Source: Octopus bimaculoides (lineage: Eukaryota). From it: a DNA stretch of 64,000 bases. The translations under genes and the position numbers were made by a program. Positions 27,064-39,619 of this stretch are shown in pieces. The notes under the pieces were generated by a model. That model made no database searches. It was not told the DNA's origin and saw only the letters and a program-made list of their open reading frames with translations. The DNA is taken from contig NC_068994.1 in the NCBI RefSeq assembly GCF_001194135.2, forward strand, positions 32,127,234-32,191,233, given 5' to 3'. Each line of letters opens with the position of its first letter. Position 1 is the stretch's first letter.

Positions 27064-27986
27064 GCATGTACATATACGTATGTATTTGTGTGAATATATA
27101 TATGTATATATATACATGCATGTACATATATATAGGTATATATATGTTTACATATATATATATACATGTGTGTGTGTATATATATATGTATATATATATA
27201 TATATATATANNNNNNNNNNNNNNNNNNNNNNNNNNNNNNNNNNNNNNNNNNNNNNNNNNNNNNNNNNNNNNNNNNNNNNNNNNNNNNNNNNNNNNNNNN
27301 NNNNNNNNNNNNNNNNNNNNNNNNNNNNNNNNNNNNNNNNNNNNNNNNNNNNNNNNNNNNNNNNNNNNNNNNNNNNNNNNNNNNNNNNNNNNNNNNNNNN
27401 NNNNNNNNNNNNNNNNNNNNNNNNNNNNNNNNNNNNNNNNNNNNNNNNNNNNNNNNNNNNNNNNNNNNNNNNNNNNNNNNNNNNNNNNNNNNNNNNNNNN
27501 NNNNNNNNNNNNNNNNNNNNNNNNNNNNNNNNNNNNNNNNNNNNNNNNNNNNNNNNNNNNNNNNNNNNNNNNNNNNNNNNNNNNNNNNNNNNNNNNNNNN
27601 NNNNNNNNNNNNNNNNNNNNNNNNNNNNNNNNNNNNNNNNNNNNNNNNNNNNNNNNNNNNNNNNNNNNNNNNNNNNNNNNNNNNNNNNNNNNNNNNNNNN
27701 NNNNNNNNNNNNNNNNNNNNNNNNNNNNNNNNNNNNNNNNNNNNNNNNNNNNNNNNNNNNNNNNNNNNNNNNNNNNNNNNNNNNNNNNNNNNNNNNNNNN
27801 NNNNNNNNNNNNNNNNNNNNNNNNNNNNNNNNNNNNNNNNNNNNNNNNNNNNNNNNNNNNNNNNNNNNNNNNNNNNNNNNNNNNNNNNNNNNNNNNNNNN
27901 NNNNNNNNNNNNNNNNNNNNNNNNNNNNNNNNNNNNNNNNNNNNNNNNNNNNNNNNNNNNNNNNNNNNNNNNNNNNNNNNNNNNNN

Positions 27987-28244
27987 TCTCAGGGATATTC
28001 AGCGTGACACAGTGTGTCAAGGCTGACCCTTTGAATTACAGGCACAACAGAAACAGGAAGTAAGAGTGAGACAAAGTTGTGGTGAAAGAGTACAGCAGGG
28101 TTCGCCACCATCCCCTGCCGGAGCCTCGTAGAGCCTTAGGTGTTTTCGCTCAATAAACACTCACAATGCCCTGTCTGGGAATCGAAACCGCGATCCTATG
28201 ACCACAAATCCGCTGCCCTAACCACTGGGCCATTGCACCTCCAC
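27987..28244 (-). mobile_element. Young tRNA-derived SINE, family C (inverted relative to 24025-24267)
   Basis: Ends ...gggaatcgaaaccgcgatcc...gccctaaccactgggccattgcacctccac, the reverse complement of the 24025 head. Confidence 0.85.
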
Positions 28245-28557
28245 ATTAATGGCAATAGACACTATGAAAAACCGTTGAATAAAAGGGAAGTTACTCTAAT
28301 ATGTAGGAAAAAAGAAAAAGATAAAAAAAAAGACAAAAGATAAAAATATATATTCTCATACATACACACATATCCATACATACACGCACACATGTATGTA
28401 TATATATATATATATGTATATGTGCACACAACTTCATCCTCATATACACATAGGTGTCTGCATACATACATATATATTTAGACATTTATACATATATATA
28501 TATATACGTATATATATACACAGGTATACACTCACACTCCTGCATGTATTATATACA

Positions 28558-28706
28558 ATGGGCTTTTTTCAGTTTCCATCTACCAAATCCACTTACAAGG
28601 CTTTAGTTGGCTAAAGTAGAAAACACTTGCCCAAGGTGCCAGACAGTGGGACTGAACCCAGAAGCATGCGGTTGAGAAGCAAGCTACTTACCATACAGTC
28701 ACACCT
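28558..28706 (-). mobile_element. SINE family A, 5' half
   Basis: gggcttttttcagtttccatctaccaaatccac...gggactgaaccc...cttaccatacagtcac. Confidence 0.8.
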
Positions 28707-28741
28707 ACATGCATATGTACATACATACATATATACACACG

Positions 28742-28799
<58 letters not shown>

Positions 28800-29388
28800 C
28801 ATATAGAGAGAAGCAGAGAGGTTGGGAGAGAGAGAGTGTGTGTGTGTGTGTCCTTAAGACTGTTCCTCTTCTGATAAGACTTGTTTTACTTCCACCTCCT
28901 CTTTACAACTGGCTTTCAGTTACTCATGGAGAAGATGCAAGACAAATTCTTCCAGTTGAGCAGGAGACACCTAGAGAGTAGACAGTGAATGAGATGGTTG
29001 TATAATATCCATAATTTCAGTTGGTCATTCTTGGAGATCCAGCAAGAAAGTGTAATGATATTTGCTTCTTATAGAATTCTGTGGAAGAGATGTCTAAGGA
29101 CTCTACCCCCAACAACCCTCTCAGGAATAGTGGCCAATGAAAATAGACAGATGGATGGATGTTTGAATATATTTGTTTGTTATTCATGAAATCTCACTCA
29201 TGGATAATTTTGTATAATCTACAAGTGGGGAACACTTTCAGAAACTTTCTTCAGTTATAGCCTTGTTGACAACTAACAGATGATTTTTATTTCAATATCA
29301 TTAACTTCAGCATTCATCCCGTTCTTCTAATAATATCTGAGTATTTATGCTATAGTTCAGGTTGAGACTATATATATGTATATATATA

Positions 29389-29640
29389 TTGGGTTGGTGC
29401 ATGATTATTGCAGCTTTTTTTCACCAAATTTTATTCAACAAAAACAATAACAACATGTAACAAAAACATCTTTAAATGATTATTCTGGAGCATATTCACC
29501 ATCTACTCCAGTTACTGCTTCTCATTTGCTTGGCAGACGGTCAGACCGTCATTTAAAGATGATCTTGTTAAATATTGTTATTGTTTTTGTTGAATAAGAT
29601 TTGTTGAAAAAAAAGTCGCAATAATTATGCACCAACCAAA
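29389..29640 (-). mobile_element. Mariner-type internal deletion derivative (MITE), about 250 bp, within (TA)n
   Basis: TIR ttgggttggtgcatgattattgc...ttattcaacaaaaacaataacaa matches the reverse complement of the right end. It resembles mariner TIRs (TTAGGTTGGTGCA). The internal minus strand encodes LPSK*EAVTGVDGEYAPE*, like a mariner transposase C-terminus. Confidence 0.8.
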
Positions 29641-30299
29641 TATATATATATAAACAACAGTAGCAATCGTCCCTTCCAGGACAGCCACATTATGTTGGCA
29701 AATAGCCTTTACTTTTATATATATATATATATATATACGCTGTAGATAGTCTGAGTATGAGACATTTTGGCCTGGCTGTTTTGGTGCTGCCTCTTTAGCA
29801 TTGTTGATTCAGCACTGACTTATTTGACATAAGACATTCTAATGTTTTTCTTATCCTCTCCTCTTCTTACACTCCCTCTCCTCCTTCTTTCTATTTATGT
29901 GTGTGTGACCATATTTGTCTTTATGTCTCTGAGGAGAGGGAAACTATTTTTGTCAATTGAATTCAATCAATAAATTGTAATGTCTCCTTCTTTCTCTCTT
30001 TCTCATTCTTTCTTGCGAACCATGTTATGCTTGTCACAGATTCATCTGGGATAACACGGGTTGGTGATCAGTAAAAACCTCTGCTTGGGCTATAAAACCA
30101 CGCTCCAATGATCACCCATAATGCTCAGCTATCCAGAATGCACTGGCTATCACTAGTGCTTACACAACTGAGCTGCCAGGCTTCATATTTTTCATACAGA
30201 TTCACATACTTGTATCCATCAATATGGGACCAGTGAACAGAAAAGAAAAAATACGAAGGTGCCAGTTCATAACAAAGGATGCAGGCGAATGTGTTCTCT

Positions 30300-30415
30300 A
30301 TAGGAAATGCTTAAGATAGTCAGGAAAATTTGTAATGGTGGAAGCTTTGCAGCAGCAAGCCACAAATATGCTATCACTGAATCTACCTTTCATTCCATTT
30401 ACAAAGCGCATGGAG
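30300..30415 (+). mobile_element. Possible pogo/Tigger-type HTH (psq/CENP-B N-terminal) remnant
   Basis: LKIVRKICNGGSFAAASHKYAITESTFHSIYK loosely fits the G.S...A..Y.I..ST...I.K helix-turn-helix pattern. No TIRs confirmed. Confidence 0.3.
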
Positions 30416-30825
30416 ATGATTCATTTATTACAGATTCACTTATCACTGATTCATTTATCATGTTGGTTTTGGAACCAAAACCCCACGATAACCGAGGATA
30501 GATGTATTAGATGCTAATGAATTTACTTCTTGCAATCTGCCATTTTGCACACTCCATTTTCTATTGTACTTCTGTTGCAAATTTGAAGTATACATTCCCA
30601 TTTTTAACTTTTCACTGAATATTACAGTTTGTGTTTTTGTCATTTGTCATATTTCATCAAGTGTTGGTTTGACTTGTGTCTCTGAAGTATTGTAGTAGTT
30701 GTTGATGTTGTTGTTGTTGTTGTTGTTTAGCTCTTTGGTCAGTCCTGGTTGAGCAGGTCTGCAATCAAATGTCTCATTTGGACCCTGACAATCCTAGTAT
30801 TATAATTGGTATGTGGAACTATCTT

Positions 30826-31308
30826 TTGTCTTTTACTTGTTTCGCTCATTAGACTGCGACCATGCTGGGGCATTGCCTTGAGTAATTGTTAGTTGAATGA
30901 ATTGGCCTTGGTACTTATTCTTTTTAAAGCCTAGTACTTATTCTATCAGTCACTTTTGCTGAACCACTAGGTTACAGGGACTTAAACACACCAACACCAG
31001 TTGTCAAGTGGTAACGAGGGACAAACACACACACACAGATGGACACAGACATAGACACACAGAGGCAGACACAGATATAAACACCCACAGACACAGAGAC
31101 AGACACAGACACACACACACATACACACACACACACACACACACAAACACACATAGGACAGGTTTCTTTCAGTTTCTGTCAACCAAATTTAATCACAAGG
31201 CTTTGGTTAGCCCAAAGCTATAGTAGAAGACATTTGCCTAAGGTGCCATGTAGTGGGACTGAACCTGGAACCATGTGATTTGGAAGCAAACTTATTACCA
31301 CACAGCCA
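30826..31308 (-). mobile_element. SINE family A, full length
   Basis: Same head, body and tail as 25491-25893; expanded internal CA/GACA microsatellite. Confidence 0.85.
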
Positions 31309-31747
31309 CAATGTCTTGTTTTTTTCTTATTTAACCCTTGGCCTATCCAGAGTATTTTCATAAGTTTGTTCTAAACATCCATGTTTCTTTTCAGGCTTTT
31401 AAGTAGTACATATTTCAACATGCTCTGAGTAATACAAATGTTTCTTTCCACAAGTCCCAAATTACTCTGGAGATTAAAAAAAAAACTGGGAACATGTATC
31501 ATACATGAAGCAAGGGCACCAAAGAAATATGTCCTGTGTTTCACATGTAATACTCAGAACAAGCAAAGGGTCAAGGTGTTACCATGGTGATTTGTGTAAG
31601 GTTTCTAACGAATTGAGCTACTTCATAGACTCTACTTTATTTTTATATGAAATGAAAAGTGAGCCTTGCTGGGATTTGAAACAGAGAAACAAATGATTTC
31701 ACACAGCAATAAAAAAGGTTTCTAATACATTAGAAATAAGAATATTG

Positions 31748-31898
31748 ATTTCTAAAGTAGACTCACTTCCATGATTATTGGTTGAGAGGTTAGTTAATTA
31801 GATTTACCCTAGTACTTGACTGGTATTTACTTAATTTTGTGAAGCCCAGAAGGATAAAAGACGAAGTTGACCTTGGTGAGATTTTAAACTCAGAAATG
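31748..31898 (-). mobile_element. SINE family B fragment, minus strand
   Basis: agtacttgactggtattt...cccagaaggataaaagacgaagttgacc...tttaaactcagaa. Confidence 0.6.
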
Positions 31899-31919
31899 TA
31901 AATGAGTTTTCAATGTAAA

Positions 31920-32600
31920 CAACATGGTGGAGATAATAACATTGACGATGATGATGATGATAGTGATGATGATGATGATAGTGATGGTGATGGTGATGAC
32001 TTTTATGACAATGACAACGACGATAATGATGATGTTAATGATGATGATGATAATGATGATGACGATGAGGTAATGATGAGGATGATAATGATGGTGGTGA
32101 TGCTGATGGTGATGATGATAGATGATGATGATGTTGATGATGAAGGTGATGATGATGATGATGACAGTGATGATGATGATTATGATGGTGGAGATGATGA
32201 TAGTGATAATGATGATGGTGATAATGGTGATGATGATGGTGAGGTTGATGACTTTTATGACAATGACAATGATGATGATGATGATGTTAATGATCATGGT
32301 GATAAAGATGATGATGAGGTAATAATGAAGATGATACTGATGGTAGTGATGATGATGGTGATGATGACAGATGATGATGATGACAGATGATGATGATGAT
32401 GATGATGATGCTGATGATGAAGATGATGATTATGATGGTGGTGATGATGATGGTGATAATGATGATGGTGATGGTGATGATGATGATAGTGATGACAACG
32501 ATCATGACGGCGACAATGAAGATGGCAATGATGAAGTTGATGATGATGATGACGATGTTTATGATAATGACAACAACGATGCTGACGAAGAAGGTGAATG
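31920..32600. repeat. Imperfect (GAT)n array with a higher-order period of about 255 bp
   Basis: gacttttatgacaatgacaa at about 31998 and 32250; gattatgatggtgg at about 32178 and 32427. Confidence 0.85.
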
Positions 32601-34404
32601 AGAATAGGAAGAAAACGCTGCGGATTCCGTCAACACTTGCTCTTCCTTAACCACAATCTTCTGCAATAATTTCATTTGTTAGCAATAGAATATATAGCCT
32701 GAACTCAACTGCACCCCCGCTCTCCTTTCAGACACACACACACACACAAACATACAAACATAAAAAAAAAACAACATGAAAACAACAGAAAATGCCGAAA
32801 CAAACCCCACCAACGGACCTACGGAGGGTGATGGGGATGACGGAAGGGGTGAAGTGTTTGTTGAAGAATGGAAATAATAAAAGGAAATTATAAGAAATAA
32901 ATTCAAGTAAAGGTCTTCTCTGAAATAACCTCTATTCTTTGTTTCCAATAAACATAATAGAATTTTTCCTTAATTTACCGAAATTGCTGCAAGACTTTTC
33001 CTTCCTTTATCAACTGTTCACTGCTTGAAGGGGGACTGGCTCTTGTGAGAAATGCTTTCCCCTCCTGTCCACCCCCATCTCTCCTGTTTTCCTCCTCTCT
33101 TTCTCTCTCTCTATATATGTATACATATATGTTCTGAGTGAGTGTGTATGTTTATAAAGTATGTATATAGATAATATACATATGTGTGTAAATGTATATA
33201 TAATATATATATATGTGCATACATGTATATATATGTGTGTGTATAATATATATAGGTATATATATATATATGTGTATATATATATATATGTGTGTGTGTG
33301 TGTATAATATATATATATGTATATATATATATAATATATGTGTATATATATATGTGTGTGAGTGTGTGTGTGTATAATATATATATGTATATGTATATAA
33401 TATATGTGTATATATATATATGTGTGTATAATATAAATGTGTATATATATATATATATATGTGTGTATAATATAAATGTGTATATATATAATATATATAT
33501 GTGTATATATAATATGTGTGTGTGTGTGTGTGTGTNNNNNNNNNNNNNNNNNNNNNNNNNNNNNNNNNNNNNNNNNNNNNNNNNNNNNNNNNNNNNNNNN
33601 NNNNNNNNNNNNNNNNNNNNNNNNNNNNNNNNNNNNNNNNNNNNNNNNNNNNNNNNNNNNNNNNNNNNNNNNNNNNNNNNNNNNNNNNNNNNNNNNNNNN
33701 NNNNNNNNNNNNNNNNNNNNNNNNNNNNNNNNNNNNNNNNNNNNNNNNNNNNNNNNNNNNNNNNNNNNNNNNNNNNNNNNNNNNNNNNNNNNNNNNNNNN
33801 NNNNNNNNNNNNNNNNNNNNNNNNNNNNNNNNNNNNNNNNNNNNNNNNNNNNNNNNNNNNNNNNNNNNNNNNNNNNNNNNNNNNNNNNNNNNNNNNNNNN
33901 NNNNNNNNNNNNNNNNNNNNNNNNNNNNNNNNNNNNNNNNNNNNNNNNNNNNNNNNNNNNNNNNNNNNNNNNNNNNNNNNNNNNNNNNNNNNNNNNNNNN
34001 NNNNNNNNNNNNNNNNNNNNNNNNNNNNNNNNNNNNNNNNNNNNNNNNNNNNNNNNNNNNNNNNNNNNNNNNNNNNNNNNNNNNNNNNNNNNNNNNNNNN
34101 NNNNNNNNNNNNNNNNNNNNNNNNNNNNNNNNNNNNNNNNNNNNNNNNNNNNNNNNNNNNNNNNNNNNNNNNNNNNNNNNNNNNNNNNNNNNNNNNNCCA
34201 CCACCACCACCACCACCACCACCACCACCACCACCACCACCAGCTGTTCCCAAAGACAAGAGGAAAGGGAGAGGGGATGGGAAGGCAGGGTGGAGGAGGA
34301 GAGAGAGAGAGGAGATGAAGAAGAATCTACCCCAGTATTTGACTGGTACTGTACTTATTTACCCAGAAGGATGAAAAGCAGAAATCAGAATGTTTTATCC
34401 TTTA

Positions 34405-34836
34405 TCTTTTACTTGTTTCAGTCATTAAACTGTGGCCATGCTGGGGCACCGTCTCCAAGAATTTTTTCATCGAGTCAATTGACCCCAGTACTTTTTTTTT
34501 ATTTTTTGAAACCTGGGTTTCTATCAATCTCTTTTGCTGAAGCGCTTAGTTATGGGGATTTAAACATACCAACACCAGTTGTCAAGCAGTGGTGAGGGAC
34601 AAAGACAGACACAAGACACCCACATATACACACACATATGCACACACACTTACACACGAACACACACACATATATATATATAATGAGCTTCTCTCAGTTT
34701 TCGTCTACCAAATCTACTCACAAGGATTTGGTCAGCCTGAAGCTATATTAGAAAACACTTGCCCAAGGTACCATGCAGTGGGACTGAACCCGGAACCATG
34801 TGGTTGGGAAGCAAGCTTCTTACCACACAGCCACAC
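34405..34836 (-). mobile_element. SINE family A, full length
   Basis: Family A tail, body and head recognisable. Confidence 0.85.
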
Positions 34837-34890
34837 CTGTAATGGAATGTATGAGTATGTCTGAGTAAAGCTGCCGGAACATAAGGCACA

Positions 34891-35072
34891 AGCATGGCAA
34901 TGAGGTTAAAATGCTTGCTTAGTAACCATGTGGTTTTGGGTTCAGTCTCATTGTATACCACTTTGGGCAAGCATTTTCTGCTGTAGCTCCTGGGTTAACC
35001 AATACTTTGTGAGTGAACTTGATTGAGAGAAACTGTGCAGAAGCTTACCATATATGTCTGTTTGTGTGTGCT

Positions 35073-35121
<49 letters not shown>

Positions 35122-35320
35122 CTTTGTGTTTCTCCCCATGTCTTTGCTTGACAACTGGTTTTGGTTTGCTTACATTGCTATGACTTAGCAGTTCTGTCTA
35201 AATAACGGATAGAATAACTACCAAGCTTAAAAATAAGCCCTGCAATCAATTTGTTCAGCCAAAATACTTCTAGATGGTGCTCCAGCATGGCCACAGTCCA
35301 ATAACTGAAATGAGTAAAAC
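34891..35320 (+). mobile_element. SINE family A, older copy, head-to-head with 34405-34836
   Basis: gcatggc...tgcttgct...gggttcagtctc...ctttgggcaagc...agatggtgctccagcatggccacagtcc. Confidence 0.75.
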
Positions 35321-35607
35321 ACAAAAAATAAAAGAGCTGGGGGAAACTTTCTATTGTTGGTTTTCTCTTCTTTTAGGGCAGATTTGAGGGTTAAGCAACA
35401 ACATCAATAACAAAAACAACAGCAAGACCAACAGTAACATCAACGATGTTTATATATCATTATAAATAATGTAAATTAATTAATTGTGTTACGATTATTG
35501 AGTAAATAATTTGTTTTTATCTCTATGTGAAATGTTATTGAGAACAATACATAGCTTCAGAGTTGTAGTGAAATTTTTGATCAGAACTGTGTGTATGAAT
35601 GAATGGT

Positions 35608-35653
<46 letters not shown>

Positions 35654-35775
35654 CGTGTATGTGTGTGTGTGTGCATATGATATGTGTGTGTGTGCATATG
35701 ATATATATATATCAATGCTCAACCCATGCCAGCATGAAATATGAGAGTTAAATGATAATGATATATATATATATC

Positions 35776-36029
35776 CCAGTCACATGATTCCAGGTTCAGT
35801 CCCACTNNNNNNNNNNNNNNNNNNNNNNNNNNNNNNNNNNNNNNNNNNNNNNNNNNNNNNNNNNNNNNNNNNNNNNNNNNNNNNNNNNNNNNNNNNNNNN
35901 NNNNNNNNNNNNNNNNNNNNNNNNNNNNNNNNNNNNNNNNNNNNNNNNNNNNNNNNNNNNNNNNNNNNNNNNNNNNNNNNNNNNNNNNNNNNNNNNNNNN
36001 NNNNNNNNNNNNNNNNNNNNNNNNNNNNN

Positions 36030-36100
<71 letters not shown>

Positions 36101-36282
36101 TTGTGTATCTGGGTTTGACAACCGATGTTAGTGTGCTTACATCCCCATAACTTAGTGGTACAGCAGAAGAGACCGATAGAATAAGTACTCGGCTTACTAC
36201 GAATAAGTCCTGGGGTCGATTTGCTTGACTAAAAGAGGTGCTCCAGTATGGCCTTATTCAAATAACTGAAACAAATAAAAGG
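35776..36282 (+). mobile_element. SINE family A spanning a gap
   Basis: Head fragment cacatgattccaggttcagtcccact before the Ns; 3' half ttgacaaccgatg...aataagtact...ggtgctccagtatggcc...actgaaacaaataaaag after them. Confidence 0.75.
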
Positions 36283-37262
36283 CAAAAGATAAGAGACATA
36301 CATGCACTTAGATATATATATTCAGATACATACATACCTATAAGAGAATATATATATAAATCAGAAACATAAACATATGCCAATCTACATGTGTGTGTGT
36401 ATGTGTGTGTGGTATGTATGTGTATATGAACTACAGCATTGCAGATGTACATGACATGATCAAGAGATGCATAAGGCTGGTAACAGGATATGAACCATTG
36501 CTCCTTCTGGTTCCTTCAATGTCTTGATCAGCCAGTGCTTTTTCTAAAAGATACAACTTAAAGAGGAAAAACAAAAAGAAAAAAAGCAACCAGAAAACAA
36601 GGACAAAAGAAGAATTGTTGGAAGAAAAATGTATAAAGCATAAAAATGAGTTATTCCTCTCCAAAATATATTTAATCAGACCATCACAAGGGAGAAAAAA
36701 AAAAGTGAAATGTGAAAATCTTTCTAAAAATTTGTATGAAACTTGGTACATTATGGCTGCCATTTTGCTATTGCTGGTAAGAAAATATCTGACATGAACT
36801 TGTCTTGTTCTAAGTAAGACAGGTGTATAGAATTTAATTTATTTTTGCAGGATGACAAGGAAACAAGTTAGACAAGAATAGAGACGGAATGGATTTATGT
36901 TGGCTTTTCTTTGTCAGTTTCCTAAAAGAAATGCTAGCTTTCTTTAGATTTACATATGACAGATCTCAAATTGTAACCAGAGTAGGAAAAGAGTAATGGT
37001 AGTTAAATCTAATTGTATATAGTCAAACATATGTACACACACATACTGTGAGGGTATATATACATATATGTGCGTGTGTGTGTGTGTGTGTGTGTGTAAG
37101 TGTGTGTGTGTGTGTATGTGTGTAAGTGTGTAAGTGTGTGTATATATATATATATATATATATGAATTGACATTTTTTACAAATATACACATCTACTTAC
37201 CTACCTTTCCTGCCTACCTACCTACCTACCTATCTACCTACGTACTTACCTACTTACCACCA

Positions 37263-37307
<45 letters not shown>

Positions 37308-37536
37308 CATATACGTACATATATACATACACACAAACACTCACACACACATTCAAATTTTGTGTTAGAAGCAAGCTGTAATTATTGATGTCACATACTT
37401 TATGTGTGTGTGTGTGTTGCTAAACATTTTTAGCTGTGATATTTCATCCAGGGAAGGTCCCATTAAAGATTCAGAGTGTTAAAAAAACACAGTATACTTC
37501 AAAGCCAGGCAAAATAAATTGAGCTGGAAGTGAACG

Positions 37537-37712
37537 AGAATGACAAATACTGATATTTTGCAGTTATTTCTGCTCATCAGTGCCATACACTCGATTTTCC
37601 CTTGAAATGAATTTGAATTGCAGAGGCCCAGCATTTAAATTCATTGCAAGGGTGATTTGAATATATGGCACTGGTGAGCAGAAACAACTGAATTCTCAAT
37701 ATCTGTCATTCT
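37537..37712. repeat. Imperfect fold-back of about 175 bp with a loop of about 9 nt
   Basis: cagttatttctgctcatcagtgccata pairs with tatggcactggtgagcagaaacaactg; cccttgaaatgaatttgaattgc pairs with gcatttaaattcattgcaaggg; loop agaggccca. Confidence 0.85.
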
Positions 37713-38014
37713 TGCTCACCTCTGGAGTGGTTTGTTTTTGCCTCTGAATTTCTAAAAGAACCTTCCCAAGACAAAAATAGCTCAGCTTAAAAGTGTTCAA
37801 CAACACACAAATTAAGTGTGTGACACTGATAAAGTTTGCATTACATAGCTGCTTCTGACACAGAATTGAATTTTGTTTTATTGTGTAGCAGTGTTCACAT
37901 CAGTAGACAGATTTTATGCAGTCTGTATGTTTGTATCATGCATTGAGTACTAGATTTGAAAGTAGTCCAGTTTGACTCAACCAAATTCAGCAAAGATAAT
38001 ATATATATATATAT

Positions 38015-38312
38015 CTGGCACTTCATCAGTTATGACAATGAGGGTTCCATTCCAGTTGGTCTAATCAATGGAACAGCCTGCTCATGAAATTAATGTCCAA
38101 GTGGCTGAGCATTCCACAGATACATGTACCCTTAATGTAGTTCTCTAGGAGATTCAGCATGACACAAAATACTCATTTTTACTAGCTGAATGGATTGAAG
38201 CAATGTGAAATAAAGTGTCTTGCTTAAGGACACAACATGCCACTGGGAATCGAACTTACAACTTTACGATTGCGAGCCAAATATCCTAACTATTAAGCCA
38301 CATGCCTTCACT
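38015..38312 (-). mobile_element. tRNA-derived SINE (family D; 3' part related to family C)
   Basis: Minus-strand head gtgaaggcatgtggcttaatagttagg...gtaagttcgattccc; gagattcagcatgacaca matches the family C tail gatattcagcgtgacaca. Confidence 0.7.
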
Positions 38313-38413
38313 AAACGTAAAGATGGACGAAATGCTGCAATGCATTTTGTCCAGCACACTGCCTTATATATATATATAATGTATGTATGTATGCATGTAT
38401 GTATGTATGTTTG

Positions 38414-38452
<39 letters not shown>

Positions 38453-39044
38453 GTATATATATGTATATATATATATCTATATATATACACGTATATGTAT
38501 GAATGTATACAAGGATACATACATATACATATATNNNNNNNNNNNNNNNNNNNNNNNNNNNNNNNNNNNNNNNNNNNNNNNNNNNNNNNNNNNNNNNNNN
38601 NNNNNNNNNNNNNNNNNNNNNNNNNNNNNNNNNNNNNNNNNNNNNNNNNNNNNNNNNNNNNNNNNNNNNNNNNNNNNNNNNNNNNNNNNNNNNNNNNNNN
38701 NNNNNNNNNNNNNNNNNNNNNNNNNNNNNNNNNNNNNNNNNNNNNNNNNNNNNNNNNNNNNNNNNNNNNNNNNNNNNNNNNNNNNNNNNNNNNNNNNNNN
38801 NNNNNNNNNNNNNNNNNNNNNNNNNNNNNNNNNNNNNNNNNNNNNNNNNNNNNNNNNNNNNNNNNNNNNNNNNNNNNNNNNNNNNNNNNNNNNNNNNNNN
38901 NNNNNNNNNNNNNNNNNNNNNNNNNNNNNNNNNNNNNNNNNNNNNNNNNNNNNNNNNNNNNNNNNNNNNNNNNNNNNNNNNNNNNNNNNNNNNNNNNNNN
39001 NNNNNNNNNNNNNNNNNNNNNNNNNNNNNNNTATATATATATAT

Positions 39045-39084
<40 letters not shown>

Positions 39085-39141
39085 TCACATACTATAAGTA
39101 CACATGCACTATATACACACACATCTATACAGACACAAACA

Positions 39142-39174
<33 letters not shown>

Positions 39175-39619
39175 TAAATGGCTTAAACTGATGGTCTATT
39201 CAATTTTCTGTTTGAAATGACAGAAATCATATGATTTAGATGCAGTGTTATATGTTTTTCCACAAACAATTTAGAAGTTAAATATATTTATTTGCTTGTA
39301 ATAAATTGGATAAAAGTTGCACAAATGGGCACACAAACACACATACATGTACATAAGCAATTATTGATGTGCACAGATATATACATGCAGTCAATTTCAT
39401 ATACAGATAGGCTTATCTTAATACTTATGAATACATACATACAAGTATATATACATTCATATTTACTTTCATTCATTCATACATACATACACACATACAT
39501 ATACATACATCCTTGTGAAAGGATTTGGTAGATGGAAGCTGAAAGAAGCCCATCATATATGTGAATAAATATATAAGTGTGTGTGTGTGTATGTGTGATT
39601 ATGTTTTAATATCTCTTAA

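Noticed and set aside
36431-36580. Minus-strand polypyrimidine tract followed by a short open frame (ORF 36431-36763)
   Set aside because: No donor or homology; the pyrimidine tract is an A-rich low-complexity run on the + strand.
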